Below are positions 8,760-19,120 of a stretch of 64,000 nucleotides of DNA, in pieces. Numbering within the stretch: the first letter of the stretch is position 1; each line of letters opens with the position of its first letter. The notes under the pieces were generated by a model. That model did no database searches and was not told the DNA's origin. It worked only from the letters and a program-made list of their open reading frames with translations. This DNA comes from Nitrososphaerota archaeon (lineage in GTDB: Archaea; Thermoproteota; Nitrososphaeria_A; Caldarchaeales; Calditenuaceae), in the NCBI GenBank assembly GCA_033581555.1, contig JAVQSZ010000002.1, positions 32,001 through 96,000 on the forward strand, read 5' to 3'. The translations under genes and the position numbers were made by a program.

Positions 8760-9668
8760 ATGGTCACGCTGAAGGAGGTGCTGGGCCCCCTCTGGACGGC
8801 GGCCAAGCACGTCTTCGCGAAGCCTTACACGTTCAAGTACCCATACGAGAGGGTTCCGAGCGCGCTCCAGGAGAACTACAGGTACGACCCCAAGGCCGGG
8901 ATCGCGTATCCGGGGTCGAAGGGAAGGCACCTTCTGAGGCTCGACAAGTGCACCGGATGCAGCCTCTGCGACATCGCCTGTCAGAACATCGCCGAGGCGA
9001 TCACGATGGTCTACGCCTACGACGTCTTCCTCGAGATGGCCGAGTCGGCCTACGCGGAGCTGGGGAAGAGGGGCTCTCCCGTCACGAGGGCCGTCGACCT
9101 GATCGCGGAGGGGTTCACGAGGTACCTCTCGGACGAGTACAGGGGAGGCTTCTCGCACCCGATCCTCCCTGTGATGGTGGACCTCAAGGCCGCGACGAAG
9201 ACCCAGTCCGGGTACTCGGTGAGGCTCAACGCAGACGCGGTCTGGGCGCACGGCCTCGATCGGTTGGTCGTCAACTACCTCGAGGACCCCTTCAGGGCCC
9301 TGATCTCCGAGGGCTACGAGGTGAGGCTGGTGAAGGACGAGTCACCGGACAGGGCCGTCTACGAGCTCTCCAAGGACGGCTCCTCCGTCACCCTGCGTGT
9401 CGAGAAGAGGAACTTGAACATCCCGGTCAACAAGAAGTCCTACTTCCCCTCGGTGGACTACGGGAGGTGCGTCTTTTGTGGGTTCTGCGTCGACGCTTGC
9501 CCGTTCTACGCCCTCGAGATGACTCCGGACTTCGAGCTCTCGTCGACCTCAAGGGTCGGGCTGGTCTACAATCCAGTGGCGCTAGCGGGGCCGAAGATCT
9601 CCACGAACCCGCCCTCGATCAACCCGATCGACGCGATAATGGGTTGGCTAAGGAGGAAGCTCGGCTGA
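8760..9668 (+). CDS. nuoI: NADH-quinone oxidoreductase subunit I-like 2x[4Fe-4S] protein with large insertion
   Basis: TFKYPYE, GRH, CTGCSLCDIAC and DYGRCVFCGFCVDACP...DFELS motifs. Confidence 0.85.
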   Translation: MVTLKEVLGPLWTAAKHVFAKPYTFKYPYERVPSALQENYRYDPKAGIAYPGSKGRHLLRLDKCTGCSLCDIACQNIAEAITMVYAYDVFLEMAESAYAELGKRGSPVTRAVDLIAEGFTRYLSDEYRGGFSHPILPVMVDLKAATKTQSGYSVRLNADAVWAHGLDRLVVNYLEDPFRALISEGYEVRLVKDESPDRAVYELSKDGSSVTLRVEKRNLNIPVNKKSYFPSVDYGRCVFCGFCVDACPFYALEMTPDFELSSTSRVGLVYNPVALAGPKISTNPPSINPIDAIMGWLRRKLG

Positions 9669-9672
9669 TGGG

Positions 9673-9966
9673 TCAGAGGGCCTTTCTCCAAGCTGAAGCG
9701 AAGTCCAATAGCCCCTCGAGGCTCCTCACCGTCAGCGAGATCACCCCGCTCCTCCTCTTCACCTCTTCGACGAACTCCACAAGCAAGTCCTCGTCGCACT
9801 CCAACTCCACGTAGACCTCCCTAGATTCCTCAGCGTCCCAGCCCAGGTAAAGGCCGGTCACCGAGCGCCCGAACCTCTCCAAGACATCAGAGACGACGCT
9901 CGCCGCGGCTCCACCCTCGACCTCGAGCCTCGCCACGTACCGCTTCGAGCTCCGCTCCGCAACCAC
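9673..9966 (-). CDS. Hypothetical protein, ACT-like domain
   Basis: 97 aa with a beta-alpha-beta-beta-alpha-beta hydrophobic pattern. Confidence 0.55.
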   Translation of the reverse strand: MVAERSSKRYVARLEVEGGAAASVVSDVLERFGRSVTGLYLGWDAEESREVYVELECDEDLLVEFVEEVKRRSGVISLTVRSLEGLLDFASAWRKAL

Positions 9967-10022
9967 GGCACCGCGTCGGCGGCGCAGGCTTTAGCGTTGT
10001 CACAGCCCGACGGCTCAAGGGC

Positions 10023-11588
10023 CTACCCTAAGGAGCGGCGCAGCGAGGCGGCCCTGACGAGCTCCTGCCTCGGGTCGAGTCCGGTGAGGACGGAGATCGC
10101 GACGATCTCGACGGCTTTGAGGTAGACCCTGTCGGAGAGGGACCTCGGGCCGGTCTTCACCCCGAGGTTCTCCTCGACAGCGCTGAGGTCCTCGACGTAA
10201 CTCGGGACGAACCGCTCAACGAACTCGGACCCGAACGCGCTCCTCGCCTCATCCCTGTTCTCGCTGAAGAGTGAGATGCACTCCCAGCTGACCCTCCTCG
10301 CGGCGGCCTCGAGGTCCCTCCTGATGTTGACGTGCGTCTCCTTCAGGAAGTCGAACTCTTCCTCGGTCAGGGAGCTCAGCGCCCTGAGTCCGATGAACTC
10401 GGGAGGCATCCCGATCGAGTAGAGCGCGGCTGTGAACGGGATCGCCCTGGGCAGCGTTATCGACCCGACCCTCCTGCTGTAGCCGAAGAGGCCGACGTGC
10501 TGCCTCCTCGCCCTCCTGGGCGGGACGTAGGACGCGACAAGGTTGATCGCCCTCGCGGCCGCTTCCACGCTGCCCTGGAACGCCGGGACCAGCTTCGAGG
10601 CGACCCTCAGCATCAGCTCCCTGTCGACCTCCCTTGCCTCGCCGCCGGGGAGGGCAGACTTCAACCTCGAGACCGCTGTCCTCGCCTGCTCGACAGGGTA
10701 GTCGTACCTGAACGCCGATTGGACCGTGACCGTGTGGACGCCCCTGTACTCCTCCGCGAAGCCCTCGACGTTCTCGGGGGAGTTGTGGCCCCTGAACGGG
10801 AGCGACCCGGCGCCGATGATAGGGAAGATCTGTATCCCGAGTTGCTCCGATGCCCTCCTGCAGGCCCAGAGTCCGTACTTAGCGAGGAGGACCGCGACGA
10901 CGAAGCCGTAGTTCATCGCAGGGTCCGACCTGGCGAGGAAGACCCTGAGGTACTTCGGGCCCACGAGCTCCGCGTACTTCACCAGCAGCTGCTCGAGCCT
11001 CGATATCGTCCCGAGGTCCTCGACCAAGGGTATGACCCCGACCGACTCCGGCTCAATCTCGCCGACCCAGTCCGCGAGCCTAGTGCCCTGGAAGTCGATT
11101 CGTTCCTTCAGGGGAGCGGCCACGGCCTTTCTGTAGCTCTCCCCGACCCTGAGGAGCTCGACGTGGCTGGTGGTGAAGGGCAGGATCACCTCGAAGACCG
11201 CGGGAGGGCCCTCGTCGCCGTAGAAGGCCCTCGCGACGTCGTTGTGCCTAGGGATCGACTGGAGCGTCTCGAGGAAGACCTTCCGCTCGACGACCTCGAT
11301 GGAGGGGTTCGGGAGCCTGAAGGTGAGGAAGACCTCCTTCCCGAGCCTCTTGGACCTGAAGTAGTCCGGGTACGACGTGATCAGCTTCCTCAGTACGTGC
11401 GGGTCAATGTCCTTCCCCTCAGCGTCCCACATCACCTCGTCCGCGCCGTACTCCGCGTAGGCCCAGTAGACCTCGACGACCTCGTCCTCCCCCGCGATCA
11501 TCGGGTCGCTCGACCACGGAGGCGCCGAGACGTGGTCCGGGTGCTGCGAGGCCATTGCCCTAGGTATTGGCCTCTCGACCTCCCGCAT
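10023..11588 (-). CDS. ppcA: Archaeal-type phosphoenolpyruvate carboxylase
   Basis: IPRAMASQHPD, MWDAEGK, RVFLARSDPAMNYG, GSLPFRG and LPRAIPFTAALYSIG motifs. Confidence 0.96.
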   Translation of the reverse strand: MREVERPIPRAMASQHPDHVSAPPWSSDPMIAGEDEVVEVYWAYAEYGADEVMWDAEGKDIDPHVLRKLITSYPDYFRSKRLGKEVFLTFRLPNPSIEVVERKVFLETLQSIPRHNDVARAFYGDEGPPAVFEVILPFTTSHVELLRVGESYRKAVAAPLKERIDFQGTRLADWVGEIEPESVGVIPLVEDLGTISRLEQLLVKYAELVGPKYLRVFLARSDPAMNYGFVVAVLLAKYGLWACRRASEQLGIQIFPIIGAGSLPFRGHNSPENVEGFAEEYRGVHTVTVQSAFRYDYPVEQARTAVSRLKSALPGGEAREVDRELMLRVASKLVPAFQGSVEAAARAINLVASYVPPRRARRQHVGLFGYSRRVGSITLPRAIPFTAALYSIGMPPEFIGLRALSSLTEEEFDFLKETHVNIRRDLEAAARRVSWECISLFSENRDEARSAFGSEFVERFVPSYVEDLSAVEENLGVKTGPRSLSDRVYLKAVEIVAISVLTGLDPRQELVRAASLRRSLG

Positions 11589-11636
11589 CCCCTTGAAGCG
11601 ACGCGCCTCGGGTTAGATTTTTAGGATGGGCCCGAG

Positions 11637-12512
11637 GTGGGCGGGCGGGATTTGCGGGAGATCCCGATAAGGGAGCTCGAGATCGACGCAGAGCTCATCG
11701 CAGAGTACCTCTCGAGGCGGCTGAGGCAGTACGTCTTCGAACACGCAGGGAAGTCGGGGGGCGTGGTCGGGCTGAGCGGGGGACTGGACTCGACCGTGAC
11801 CGCGTACATCGCGGCTAGGGCCTTGGGGCCGGAGAGGGTCAGGTGCCTGATACTCCCGACCTCGGTGACGCCTGAGGAGGACCTGATGGACGCCCTGACG
11901 GTCGTCAAGGAGCTCTCGATCCCCGAGTCCAACTACAGAATCATCGACGTGGACCACGTGGTCGAGGAGATATCCGCGAGGGCTGACGTTGCGGACAGGG
12001 TGGTCAGGGGCAACATCGCCGCGAGGGTGAGGATGGTCTTCCTCCACGCGGTCGCCGCGAGCACGGACAGCCTCGTCATCGGGACCAGCGACAAGTCCGA
12101 GCTGACGATCGGTTACTTCACCAAGTACGGCGACGCCGGGGTCGACGTGATGCCCATCGCGGACCTCTACAAGACGCAGGTGAGGCAGCTGGGGATGTAC
12201 CTCGGGATACCGGAAAGGGTCCTGACGAAGCCGCCTTCTCCTAGGCTCTGGAGGGACCACCTGGCGGTCGACGAAATCGGGATGAGCTACGAGCTGCTCG
12301 ACAGCATCCTCTACCTGAGGTTCGACATGTGGATGGATTCCGAGAGGGTGGCGGAGGAGCTGGGCGTGGACGCCTCGCTAGTGGAGAGGGTCGAGAGGAT
12401 GGTCAGGTCGAGCCAGCACAAGAGGATGATGCCCGAAGTCTTCAGGATTGGGTTCAGGTCGCACGGCTCCGACTGGCGCTACCCGAGGGAGTGGCAACCG
12501 GTCAGTAGATAG
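11637..12512 (+). CDS. nadE: NH3-dependent NAD+ synthetase
   Basis: SGGLDS, GNIAARVR, GYFTKYGD, DLYKTQV and SQHKR motifs. Confidence 0.95.
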   Translation: MGGRDLREIPIRELEIDAELIAEYLSRRLRQYVFEHAGKSGGVVGLSGGLDSTVTAYIAARALGPERVRCLILPTSVTPEEDLMDALTVVKELSIPESNYRIIDVDHVVEEISARADVADRVVRGNIAARVRMVFLHAVAASTDSLVIGTSDKSELTIGYFTKYGDAGVDVMPIADLYKTQVRQLGMYLGIPERVLTKPPSPRLWRDHLAVDEIGMSYELLDSILYLRFDMWMDSERVAEELGVDASLVERVERMVRSSQHKRMMPEVFRIGFRSHGSDWRYPREWQPVSR

Positions 12513-13716
12513 GACCCGCGACCCGGAGCTTCCTGGTCCTGGACCTCACGAAGAGGGCGATCCCGAGGACGACCGCTACCACCGAGCCGACCGAACCGGC
12601 CGCGAGGCCGACGAGCTGCTCGAAGGTGAGCGGGATGCCCCCGATCTCGAGGTAGACCGGGAGCCTCAGCTCAACCGACCCGCGCCTCACGGCCTCCGGC
12701 GAGAGCTCCCTGACCTCAGAGAGGCCCTTGTACTCGACCCTTAGGAAGTGCTTGACCGGTATGACCCTGCTGAGCCTCGCGACGCCTCCCTGGTCCGCGA
12801 AGGCGGTACCGACCTCGTGCCCTTCCCTCACGAGCGAGGCCTTTGCCCCCTGAAGCGGCTGGCCGTTCGCGCCGAGCACGGAGACCGTCAGCTCGTAGAC
12901 CGACGCGGTCACGGTGAAGGACCTGACCTCCCTACTGAGCAGGAGGACCTCGCTGGCGACCTCATAGCCCTCGTAAGTCACGGTCACCGGGAGGCTGTTC
13001 GGCCCCTCGGGCCCCTCCAGCGGCACCCTCCTCAGGACGACCGCTCCTCCCTCGTCGGTCGCGGAGCTCACGCCCATCGCCCTCAAGACCGCACCGCCCA
13101 GCCCCTTGCCCCTCCTGTCGATCACGGAGACCCTCACGTCGCCGACCGGGAGCACGACGGCGCCCCTCCTGCTCAGGTCATCGCCGGACCCCGCTCCCAC
13201 GCCGAAGGCTTTCCTGTTGTAGACCCTGCTCTCCCACTCGACCGATATCGTGTAGTGAAGCGTCCTCAGCGCGTTCCTTAAGACGATCGAGCTCCCTACG
13301 ACCCTAACTTCGCCGAGCGCGTCCGGAGGCTCGACCCTGACCGCGAAGGGCCCCGGCAGCTCTGCGCCGCTCAGGTCGACGACCCTCAGCGCGAAGTCGA
13401 AGAACGGCAGCTCGATCGTCTCGACGACGTTCTCGACGTTGACAGCGACGGCCCTTGAGGCGATCAGGTGGGACCTCCAGTACACGGAGACCCTGTAGAC
13501 GCCCCTGACGACCCCGGAGAGCGTGACCGAGGCCCTCCCCTCGTAGGTGAGCGTCCCCATCGGCCCCTCGATCACGACCCTCAGCTCGTTGACGACGTGC
13601 TCGGCGTTCAGGACGCTGACGACCAGTGACGGGGACGAGGACGCGGGCTGGAGGTGCGACGAGAGGAGGAGGGCGGCCGCGAGCGCGAGGGCTGTTACGA
13701 TCGATCCGCGAGCCAA
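12502..13716 (-). CDS. Secreted, C-terminally anchored surface protein with repeated beta-sandwich (carboxypeptidase-regulatory-like) domains
   Basis: Signal peptide; repeated V.D..G..L.GA motifs; C-terminal TM helix followed by a basic tail. Confidence 0.7.
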   Translation of the reverse strand: MARGSIVTALALAAALLLSSHLQPASSSPSLVVSVLNAEHVVNELRVVIEGPMGTLTYEGRASVTLSGVVRGVYRVSVYWRSHLIASRAVAVNVENVVETIELPFFDFALRVVDLSGAELPGPFAVRVEPPDALGEVRVVGSSIVLRNALRTLHYTISVEWESRVYNRKAFGVGAGSGDDLSRRGAVVLPVGDVRVSVIDRRGKGLGGAVLRAMGVSSATDEGGAVVLRRVPLEGPEGPNSLPVTVTYEGYEVASEVLLLSREVRSFTVTASVYELTVSVLGANGQPLQGAKASLVREGHEVGTAFADQGGVARLSRVIPVKHFLRVEYKGLSEVRELSPEAVRRGSVELRLPVYLEIGGIPLTFEQLVGLAAGSVGSVVAVVLGIALFVRSRTRKLRVAGPIY

Positions 13717-13717
13717 C

Positions 13718-14527
13718 TCAGACCCTCACCCCGGCCCTCGAGAGCGAGGAGCTCGTGACCAAAGCCGCGAGTGCTACGAGGACGGTCATTGCGCCGGGCG
13801 GGAATCCGACGTGATAGGAGAGCGTGACCCCGGCGAAGACCGACGCTTGTGCGATCGCGATCGAGAGCGCCAGGCACCGCTTCATCGACGTGGCGAGGCT
13901 CGAGGCGGCGGCCACCGGTATTATGGTCAGCGCGGTTACCATCAGGACCCCGAGAAGCCTTATCGAGCTCACCACGGCCATCGACGCGAGGACCGCCAGC
14001 AGAACCTCGACGTATTCGGGCCTGTGACCCCTGAGCCTGACGAGCTCGCTGCTGAGGACGTAGAGCTGGAGGGCCCTGTACCGGAGCGCGAGGGTCCCCA
14101 GGACAACCCCTAGTACGACGGTCGCGGACGCGATCTCCTCCCACCCGACCAGCAGGATCGAGCCGAAGAGTATCCCCTGGACGCTGAGCCTCGACCCGAG
14201 GCTGTAGGCGATCGAGGCGGTGGCTGCCCCGAGGGCGAGGAAGATCGCCGCGGCCGTATCGCCCGAGAAGCCCAGGGACCTGACCATCCAGAGTACCCCG
14301 AGCACGGCGAGCGCGGTCACACCGTACAGCAGGAGGTCCTGGGACGCGACGTCAAGGAGGGCCGCGGCTGCCAGAGCCCCGAAGGTCACGTGGGCCGCGG
14401 TGTCCCCGATCATCGAGAGCCTCTTCGGGACCACGAAGTTACCGACCACCGGGAGGATCACCGCGACCAGGACGCCGGCGACGTAGGCCCTCAGCATGAA
14501 GCCCTCGAGCGGCGGTAGCAAGCCCAC
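13718..14527 (-). CDS. znuB: Metal (Zn/Mn) ABC transporter permease, ZnuB family
   Basis: GDTAAH, LFGSIL, LGVLMVTALTIIP motifs; ATPase and binding protein genes are not adjacent. Confidence 0.88.
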   Translation of the reverse strand: MGLLPPLEGFMLRAYVAGVLVAVILPVVGNFVVPKRLSMIGDTAAHVTFGALAAAALLDVASQDLLLYGVTALAVLGVLWMVRSLGFSGDTAAAIFLALGAATASIAYSLGSRLSVQGILFGSILLVGWEEIASATVVLGVVLGTLALRYRALQLYVLSSELVRLRGHRPEYVEVLLAVLASMAVVSSIRLLGVLMVTALTIIPVAAASSLATSMKRCLALSIAIAQASVFAGVTLSYHVGFPPGAMTVLVALAALVTSSSLSRAGVRV

Positions 14528-14634
14528 ACTGACCCCAGTGTTCAGTCCGGGCTGGGCGTAATTTCCCTTTCCGGCCCAAGATAGCGATCGGGTCTAATGC
14601 TTGAATAGCGAGGCGCGGGAGACCCGGTGGAGCC

Positions 14635-15207
14635 ATGGCGGGACACGAGCAGGTCTTCTACGTCACGGTGCCCCCGGAGAGGCTCGCGGTCCTGATAGGG
14701 CCGGGGGGATCGACGAAGAAGGCCATCGAGGACCGGCTGGGGGTGCTGCTGAACGTCGACAGCTCCGACGGCAGGGTCGAGATAAGGCTCGCTAGGCCTC
14801 CGTCCGAAGGAGGGGACCCGGTCGCGCTCTTCAAGGCGAGGGATATGGTGACCGCGATAGCCAGCGGCTTCAAGCCCGAGGTCGCTATGAAGCTCGCCAG
14901 CGACAACGTCACGCTCTCGGTGATGGACGTCTCCGAGCACGTCGGTAAGGACCCTGAGGACGTCAGGAGGGTCATGGGCAGGGTGATCGGCGCGCAGGGG
15001 AAGACTAAGAGGATCATCGAGGAGACGGCCCACGTCGACGTCGCGATTCAGGGCGATAGGGTCGCGATAATGGGGCACCCGGAGGACGTGGAGGCAGCGA
15101 TGAGAGCGGTGACTATGCTGGTCCAAGGGTCCCCTCACAGCGCGGTCTACAGGTACCTCGACCAGTACGCCCAGAGGAGAAAGTTCAGCAGGCGCGGCCT
15201 ACTTTGA
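14635..15207 (+). CDS. KH-domain rRNA processing protein Dim2/Pno1
   Basis: LIGPGG and GRVIGAQGKTKRIIEE KH motifs; GSPHSAVYRYL. Confidence 0.92.
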   Translation: MAGHEQVFYVTVPPERLAVLIGPGGSTKKAIEDRLGVLLNVDSSDGRVEIRLARPPSEGGDPVALFKARDMVTAIASGFKPEVAMKLASDNVTLSVMDVSEHVGKDPEDVRRVMGRVIGAQGKTKRIIEETAHVDVAIQGDRVAIMGHPEDVEAAMRAVTMLVQGSPHSAVYRYLDQYAQRRKFSRRGLL

Positions 15208-15525
15208 CCTCGGAATCGGGACGTTGTGGGACTTGACCCTGAGGACCTCGACGTTCACGACGTTCGGCTCGAGCGAGGCCTCGTCCCCGAAGCTCACCGT
15301 GCCCTTAAGCCTGTTGACGTGGGCGAACCTCGACCTCAGCTCGCTGCCGACCCTCGCGAAGTAAACCGTCCCGGCCCTTCCCAGGCCTCCTAGTGGGAGG
15401 AAGATGACTCCGTCCTCGGCCGAGTAGTTGACGAACGGCGCCGGCAGGAGGGAGGCCAGCCTGAAGAGGTCCTCGGGCGACTGTAGCTCCACGGCCACGA
15501 CCCTCGGGACCCTCTCTCCAGCCAC
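15199..15525 (-). CDS. Hypothetical protein
   Basis: 108-aa ORF with host codon usage (SPEDLFRLA). Confidence 0.65.
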   Translation of the reverse strand: MAGERVPRVVAVELQSPEDLFRLASLLPAPFVNYSAEDGVIFLPLGGLGRAGTVYFARVGSELRSRFAHVNRLKGTVSFGDEASLEPNVVNVEVLRVKSHNVPIPRSK

Positions 15526-15627
15526 GGCGCCCCGATCAGGCCACAGGATTTGAACGTTTTCGGCGCTGGGGAGGGAAGCCCCTCAGTCCGACAGGCGGTA
15601 AATCCTAAATCTGGAGCGGCGGAACTT

Positions 15628-16731
15628 GTGCCGGTGAGGAGGGTAGGGGAGGCGAGGCTCTGGCTGGTCTCGGGTCCGGTTCCCCACTTCAAGGAGATGG
15701 TCGAGCTGGGGAGGGAGATAGTCAGGGCCCTCGTCGAGGTTCACGGGCCCGAGGAGACCGTAAGGAGGTTCTCTGACCCCGCGTGGCTGACGGCCCTCGC
15801 GTGCGTCCTAGGGTTCGAGTGGGACACCAGCGGCCAGACGACGGTCACGCTCAAGGCCCTCAAGGAGGGGCTCAGGGGCGCGGACGTCCCGGTGAAGGTG
15901 GTGGGAGGGAAGGGCGAGGAGATGAGGTGGGTGCCCTACGAGCTCGAGAAGCTTGACCGCGAGGTGGGCCTCAGGGAGAAGGACGAACTGATCGCCGTCT
16001 CGAGGCTGACGTGCAGCGTCGATGACGCGGCCCTCCAGGACTCCTACGCTGTTTACTTCCACGCGATGGTCGTCTCGGAGGAGGGGAGCTGGGCGGCGAT
16101 CAACCAGGGGATGAACGTAGAGGCCGGGTTAGCGAGGCGATACCACTGGTCGTCCGAGAAGGGAGCGTCGGCCGAGAGGCCCCACACGTCGATCGTCGCC
16201 GAGAGGAGCGAGGCCGCAGTACTGGACATGACCAGCCCGGAGTCGAGGGAGACGAGGGAGGCGGTGGTCGAGATGCTGAAGGACACGCCCATGACGAGGC
16301 TCAACGAGGACCTGACTCAGGCCAGGGCCCTCCTTAAGGGCCAGAGGCTCCTCGATAGGGACGCAGGGCCCTTCGCAGGTGCCGAGGTCCCAAGGCACCT
16401 CCTCCCGCCGAGGTCGTTCGACGAGGAGACTGTCAGGAGGGCGAAGGGCGTCGAGAGCTTCGAGGAGCTCCTCTCTGTTAAGGGGATGGGGCCAGCGACG
16501 GTCAGGGGGCTGGCGTACGTCTCAGCGCTCGTCTACGGCACTAGGCTCTCTTGGCGGGACCCGGTCAAGTTCGCCTACGCCCACGGGACGAAGAGCGGAA
16601 GGCCCTACATGGTCGACAGGAGGGCGATGCTCAGGAACGCCGAGGTCCTTCGGGAGGCGGTCAAGTCCGCGAAGCTCGGCGACCGTGCGAAGCTCGAGGC
16701 CCTGAGGAGGCTCCAGTCGCTGATCGAGTGA
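15628..16731 (+). CDS. DUF763 family protein
   Basis: DPAWL..LACVLGFEWDTSGQTT, ARRYHW, GMGPATVRGL and DPVKFAYAHGTK motifs; start uncertain. Confidence 0.88.
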   Translation: MPVRRVGEARLWLVSGPVPHFKEMVELGREIVRALVEVHGPEETVRRFSDPAWLTALACVLGFEWDTSGQTTVTLKALKEGLRGADVPVKVVGGKGEEMRWVPYELEKLDREVGLREKDELIAVSRLTCSVDDAALQDSYAVYFHAMVVSEEGSWAAINQGMNVEAGLARRYHWSSEKGASAERPHTSIVAERSEAAVLDMTSPESRETREAVVEMLKDTPMTRLNEDLTQARALLKGQRLLDRDAGPFAGAEVPRHLLPPRSFDEETVRRAKGVESFEELLSVKGMGPATVRGLAYVSALVYGTRLSWRDPVKFAYAHGTKSGRPYMVDRRAMLRNAEVLREAVKSAKLGDRAKLEALRRLQSLIE

Positions 16732-16823
16732 CGGGGTCTGCCCCCGACTCCAGCATACCGACGATCCGATTTCTCTCGGAGGGTATAAATTAAGAGCATA
16801 GGGTAGAGAGTTCTTGAGAGATC

Positions 16824-18026
16824 GTGATCGTGATACTGTTGACTAAGGCTGTGCCGGCCAGGACGACCAGGGTCATCACGGTCGGCGGCGTCCTGAAGAG
16901 GGAGGAGATGGACCTCGTGATCAACCCGCTCGACTTCAAGGCGCTCCAGGCCGCCGACTACGCGAAGAGGTACAACGGCGGCAAGCTCGTCGCGGTCAGC
17001 ATGGGCCCCGACTTCAAGGTGAAGCCGCTGATCTCGGAGCTTTACGCCCACCCCATCGAGGGCGTCGACGAGGGAATCATCCTGAGCGACAGGAGGATGG
17101 CCGGTGCCGACACGTGGGCTACCGCATACACGCTGGCCCTGGGGATCAAGAAGGTGCTCGACCTGAACAGGGGCGCGGTCGAAGAGCTGAGGTCGATGGT
17201 CGAGTCCGGCGAAGGCCCCGAGAGGGTCCTCGAGAGGGCGAAGGAGCTCTACGAGAGGAACCTGATCCCGAACCTCCTCTACACCGACAAGCCCGGCGCG
17301 CCGCTCGGGGTCCTCCAGCGCTACGCCAGGGGCCAGGCGACGAGGGACGAGGTGATCGAGGCGCTAGATAGGGTGAGGGTCGAGTTGGAGAGGTTCCTGA
17401 TCGTCGCGGGGCTAAAGACATCCGACGGCGAGACCGGGAGCACCGGGCCCCAGACCGCGGAAGCGCTCTCGGACCTGATGGGCAGACAGATACCGGACAT
17501 CACGCACGTCACCTGGTTCGAGGTCGACGCGGAGAGCGGGACGCTGATTGCGGAGCGGAAGCTCGGGTCCTACGTCCAGAGGGTCAGGTCTCCGCTGCCC
17601 TGCCTGATCACCATCTCGCCCGAGTACAGGCCCGACGTACCTCGGGTCTCGAGGAGGAAGAGGTCGAGGTCCTTCTCTTACAGGAACAAGTCTCCGGAGG
17701 TCGTCGTCTGGAGCGCCGACGCGATCGGCGCCGACCCCTCTCAGATAGGGCTGGCAGGCTCCCCGACGATCGTCGGTCCGGGGATAGACATAGGCGGCAT
17801 ACCGGTCCAGAAGTTCCTCGGCGTGACGAAGGTCTTCTCCGAGAGGGTCGAGAGGCTCGAGTTCAACGGCAAGACCTACGGGCCCTTCGAGAGGTTCCAG
17901 AAGGTCGAGGGCCTGCCGGAGGAGCTGGTGAGGGAGCTCGAGGCGAGGGGGCTCGTCAAGGTGTACGACCTGAAGGACCTGATAGCGGAGGTGTTCGGCG
18001 GTGTCCTCGCAGCTGCAAAGCATTGA
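16824..18026 (+). CDS. fixA: Electron transfer flavoprotein beta subunit (FixA), extended
   Basis: INPLD, SMGP, DRRMAGADTWAT, SDGETG and GLAGSPT motifs. Confidence 0.9.
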   Translation: MIVILLTKAVPARTTRVITVGGVLKREEMDLVINPLDFKALQAADYAKRYNGGKLVAVSMGPDFKVKPLISELYAHPIEGVDEGIILSDRRMAGADTWATAYTLALGIKKVLDLNRGAVEELRSMVESGEGPERVLERAKELYERNLIPNLLYTDKPGAPLGVLQRYARGQATRDEVIEALDRVRVELERFLIVAGLKTSDGETGSTGPQTAEALSDLMGRQIPDITHVTWFEVDAESGTLIAERKLGSYVQRVRSPLPCLITISPEYRPDVPRVSRRKRSRSFSYRNKSPEVVVWSADAIGADPSQIGLAGSPTIVGPGIDIGGIPVQKFLGVTKVFSERVERLEFNGKTYGPFERFQKVEGLPEELVRELEARGLVKVYDLKDLIAEVFGGVLAAAKH

Positions 18027-19119
18027 GGTCAGGATAGAGGGGTACACCGACGTCTGGGTCTACTGCGAGCACGAGGACGGCCGTCTCACCAGGGCGACGA
18101 CCGAGGTCATAGCCGGTGCCAAGAAGATCGCCGAGAGGGTCGGGATGAAGGTCGTCGGCGTCCTGATGGGCTACAACCTCGGCGACCTCGTGAACGAGCC
18201 GATCTACTACGGGGCCGATAAGGTGATCTACTGCGACGACCCCCGCCTCAAGGACTACCAGGTCCTGCCGTACACGACCGTCCTCTCCGACATGGTCCTG
18301 AAGCTGAAGCCGTGGGCGCTGCTCTTCGTGACCAGCGAGATCGGGAAGGACCTCGGACCGAGGGTCGCCTATAGGACGAGGACGGGTCTCGCCGCGGACG
18401 TGATCGACCTGATAGTGGAGGACTTCATCATGAACCTGCCCACGGGCCGGTACGTCTACAAGAACTGCATAGCTCAGGTGAGGCCCGACTTCGCGACGAG
18501 GATCGCGAAGATCTTCACGCCGAAGCACAGGCCCCAGATCAGCAGCGTGAGGCCCGGGAACTTCACGCCGTTGCCGAGGGACGAGAGCAGGACCGGTGAG
18601 GTGATCAAGTGGGAGCCACGGTTCAACGAAGACGACTTCCAAGTGGAGGTCCTCGAGACGAGGCGCCTCCCGAAGAGCGAGGTGAAGCTCGAGGAGGCGA
18701 ACGTCGTCGTCAGCCTGGGGCTCGGGATATTGAGGGACGCCACGGGGAACCCAAGGGACCCGAGGGAAGCCTACAAGATGGCGGAGGAGCTGAAGAGGCT
18801 GATACAGGAGAAGTTGAGGCTGAAGGCGGAGATCGGCTCGAGCAGGGCCCTGATCTACGCCCAGCTCAAGGAGCTCGAGGGCCTGATCACGAAGGAGAGG
18901 CAGGTCGGCCAGACGGGGAAGACCGTTGCTCCTGACGTATACATCGCCCTAGGGATAAGCGGAGCCCTCCAGCACAGGGTCGGGATGCAGAGGGCGAAGA
19001 AGATCATCGCGGTTAACACGGACCCGAACGCTCCCATCTTCCAGATCGCGCACTACTGCGTCGTCGGGGACCTCTACGAGTTCCTCCCGAGGCTGATCGA
19101 GGAGCTGAGGTCGATCTGA
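18001..19119 (+). CDS. fixB: Electron transfer flavoprotein alpha subunit (FixB)
   Basis: RQVGQTGKTV, GISGALQH and AVNTDPNAPIF motifs. Confidence 0.92.
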   Translation: MSSQLQSIEVRIEGYTDVWVYCEHEDGRLTRATTEVIAGAKKIAERVGMKVVGVLMGYNLGDLVNEPIYYGADKVIYCDDPRLKDYQVLPYTTVLSDMVLKLKPWALLFVTSEIGKDLGPRVAYRTRTGLAADVIDLIVEDFIMNLPTGRYVYKNCIAQVRPDFATRIAKIFTPKHRPQISSVRPGNFTPLPRDESRTGEVIKWEPRFNEDDFQVEVLETRRLPKSEVKLEEANVVVSLGLGILRDATGNPRDPREAYKMAEELKRLIQEKLRLKAEIGSSRALIYAQLKELEGLITKERQVGQTGKTVAPDVYIALGISGALQHRVGMQRAKKIIAVNTDPNAPIFQIAHYCVVGDLYEFLPRLIEELRSI

Positions 19120-19120
19120 G

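Noticed and set aside
9012-9414. Intein in nuoI
   Set aside because: No intein N-terminal C/S block, no HN-C/S/T end and no LAGLIDADG motifs
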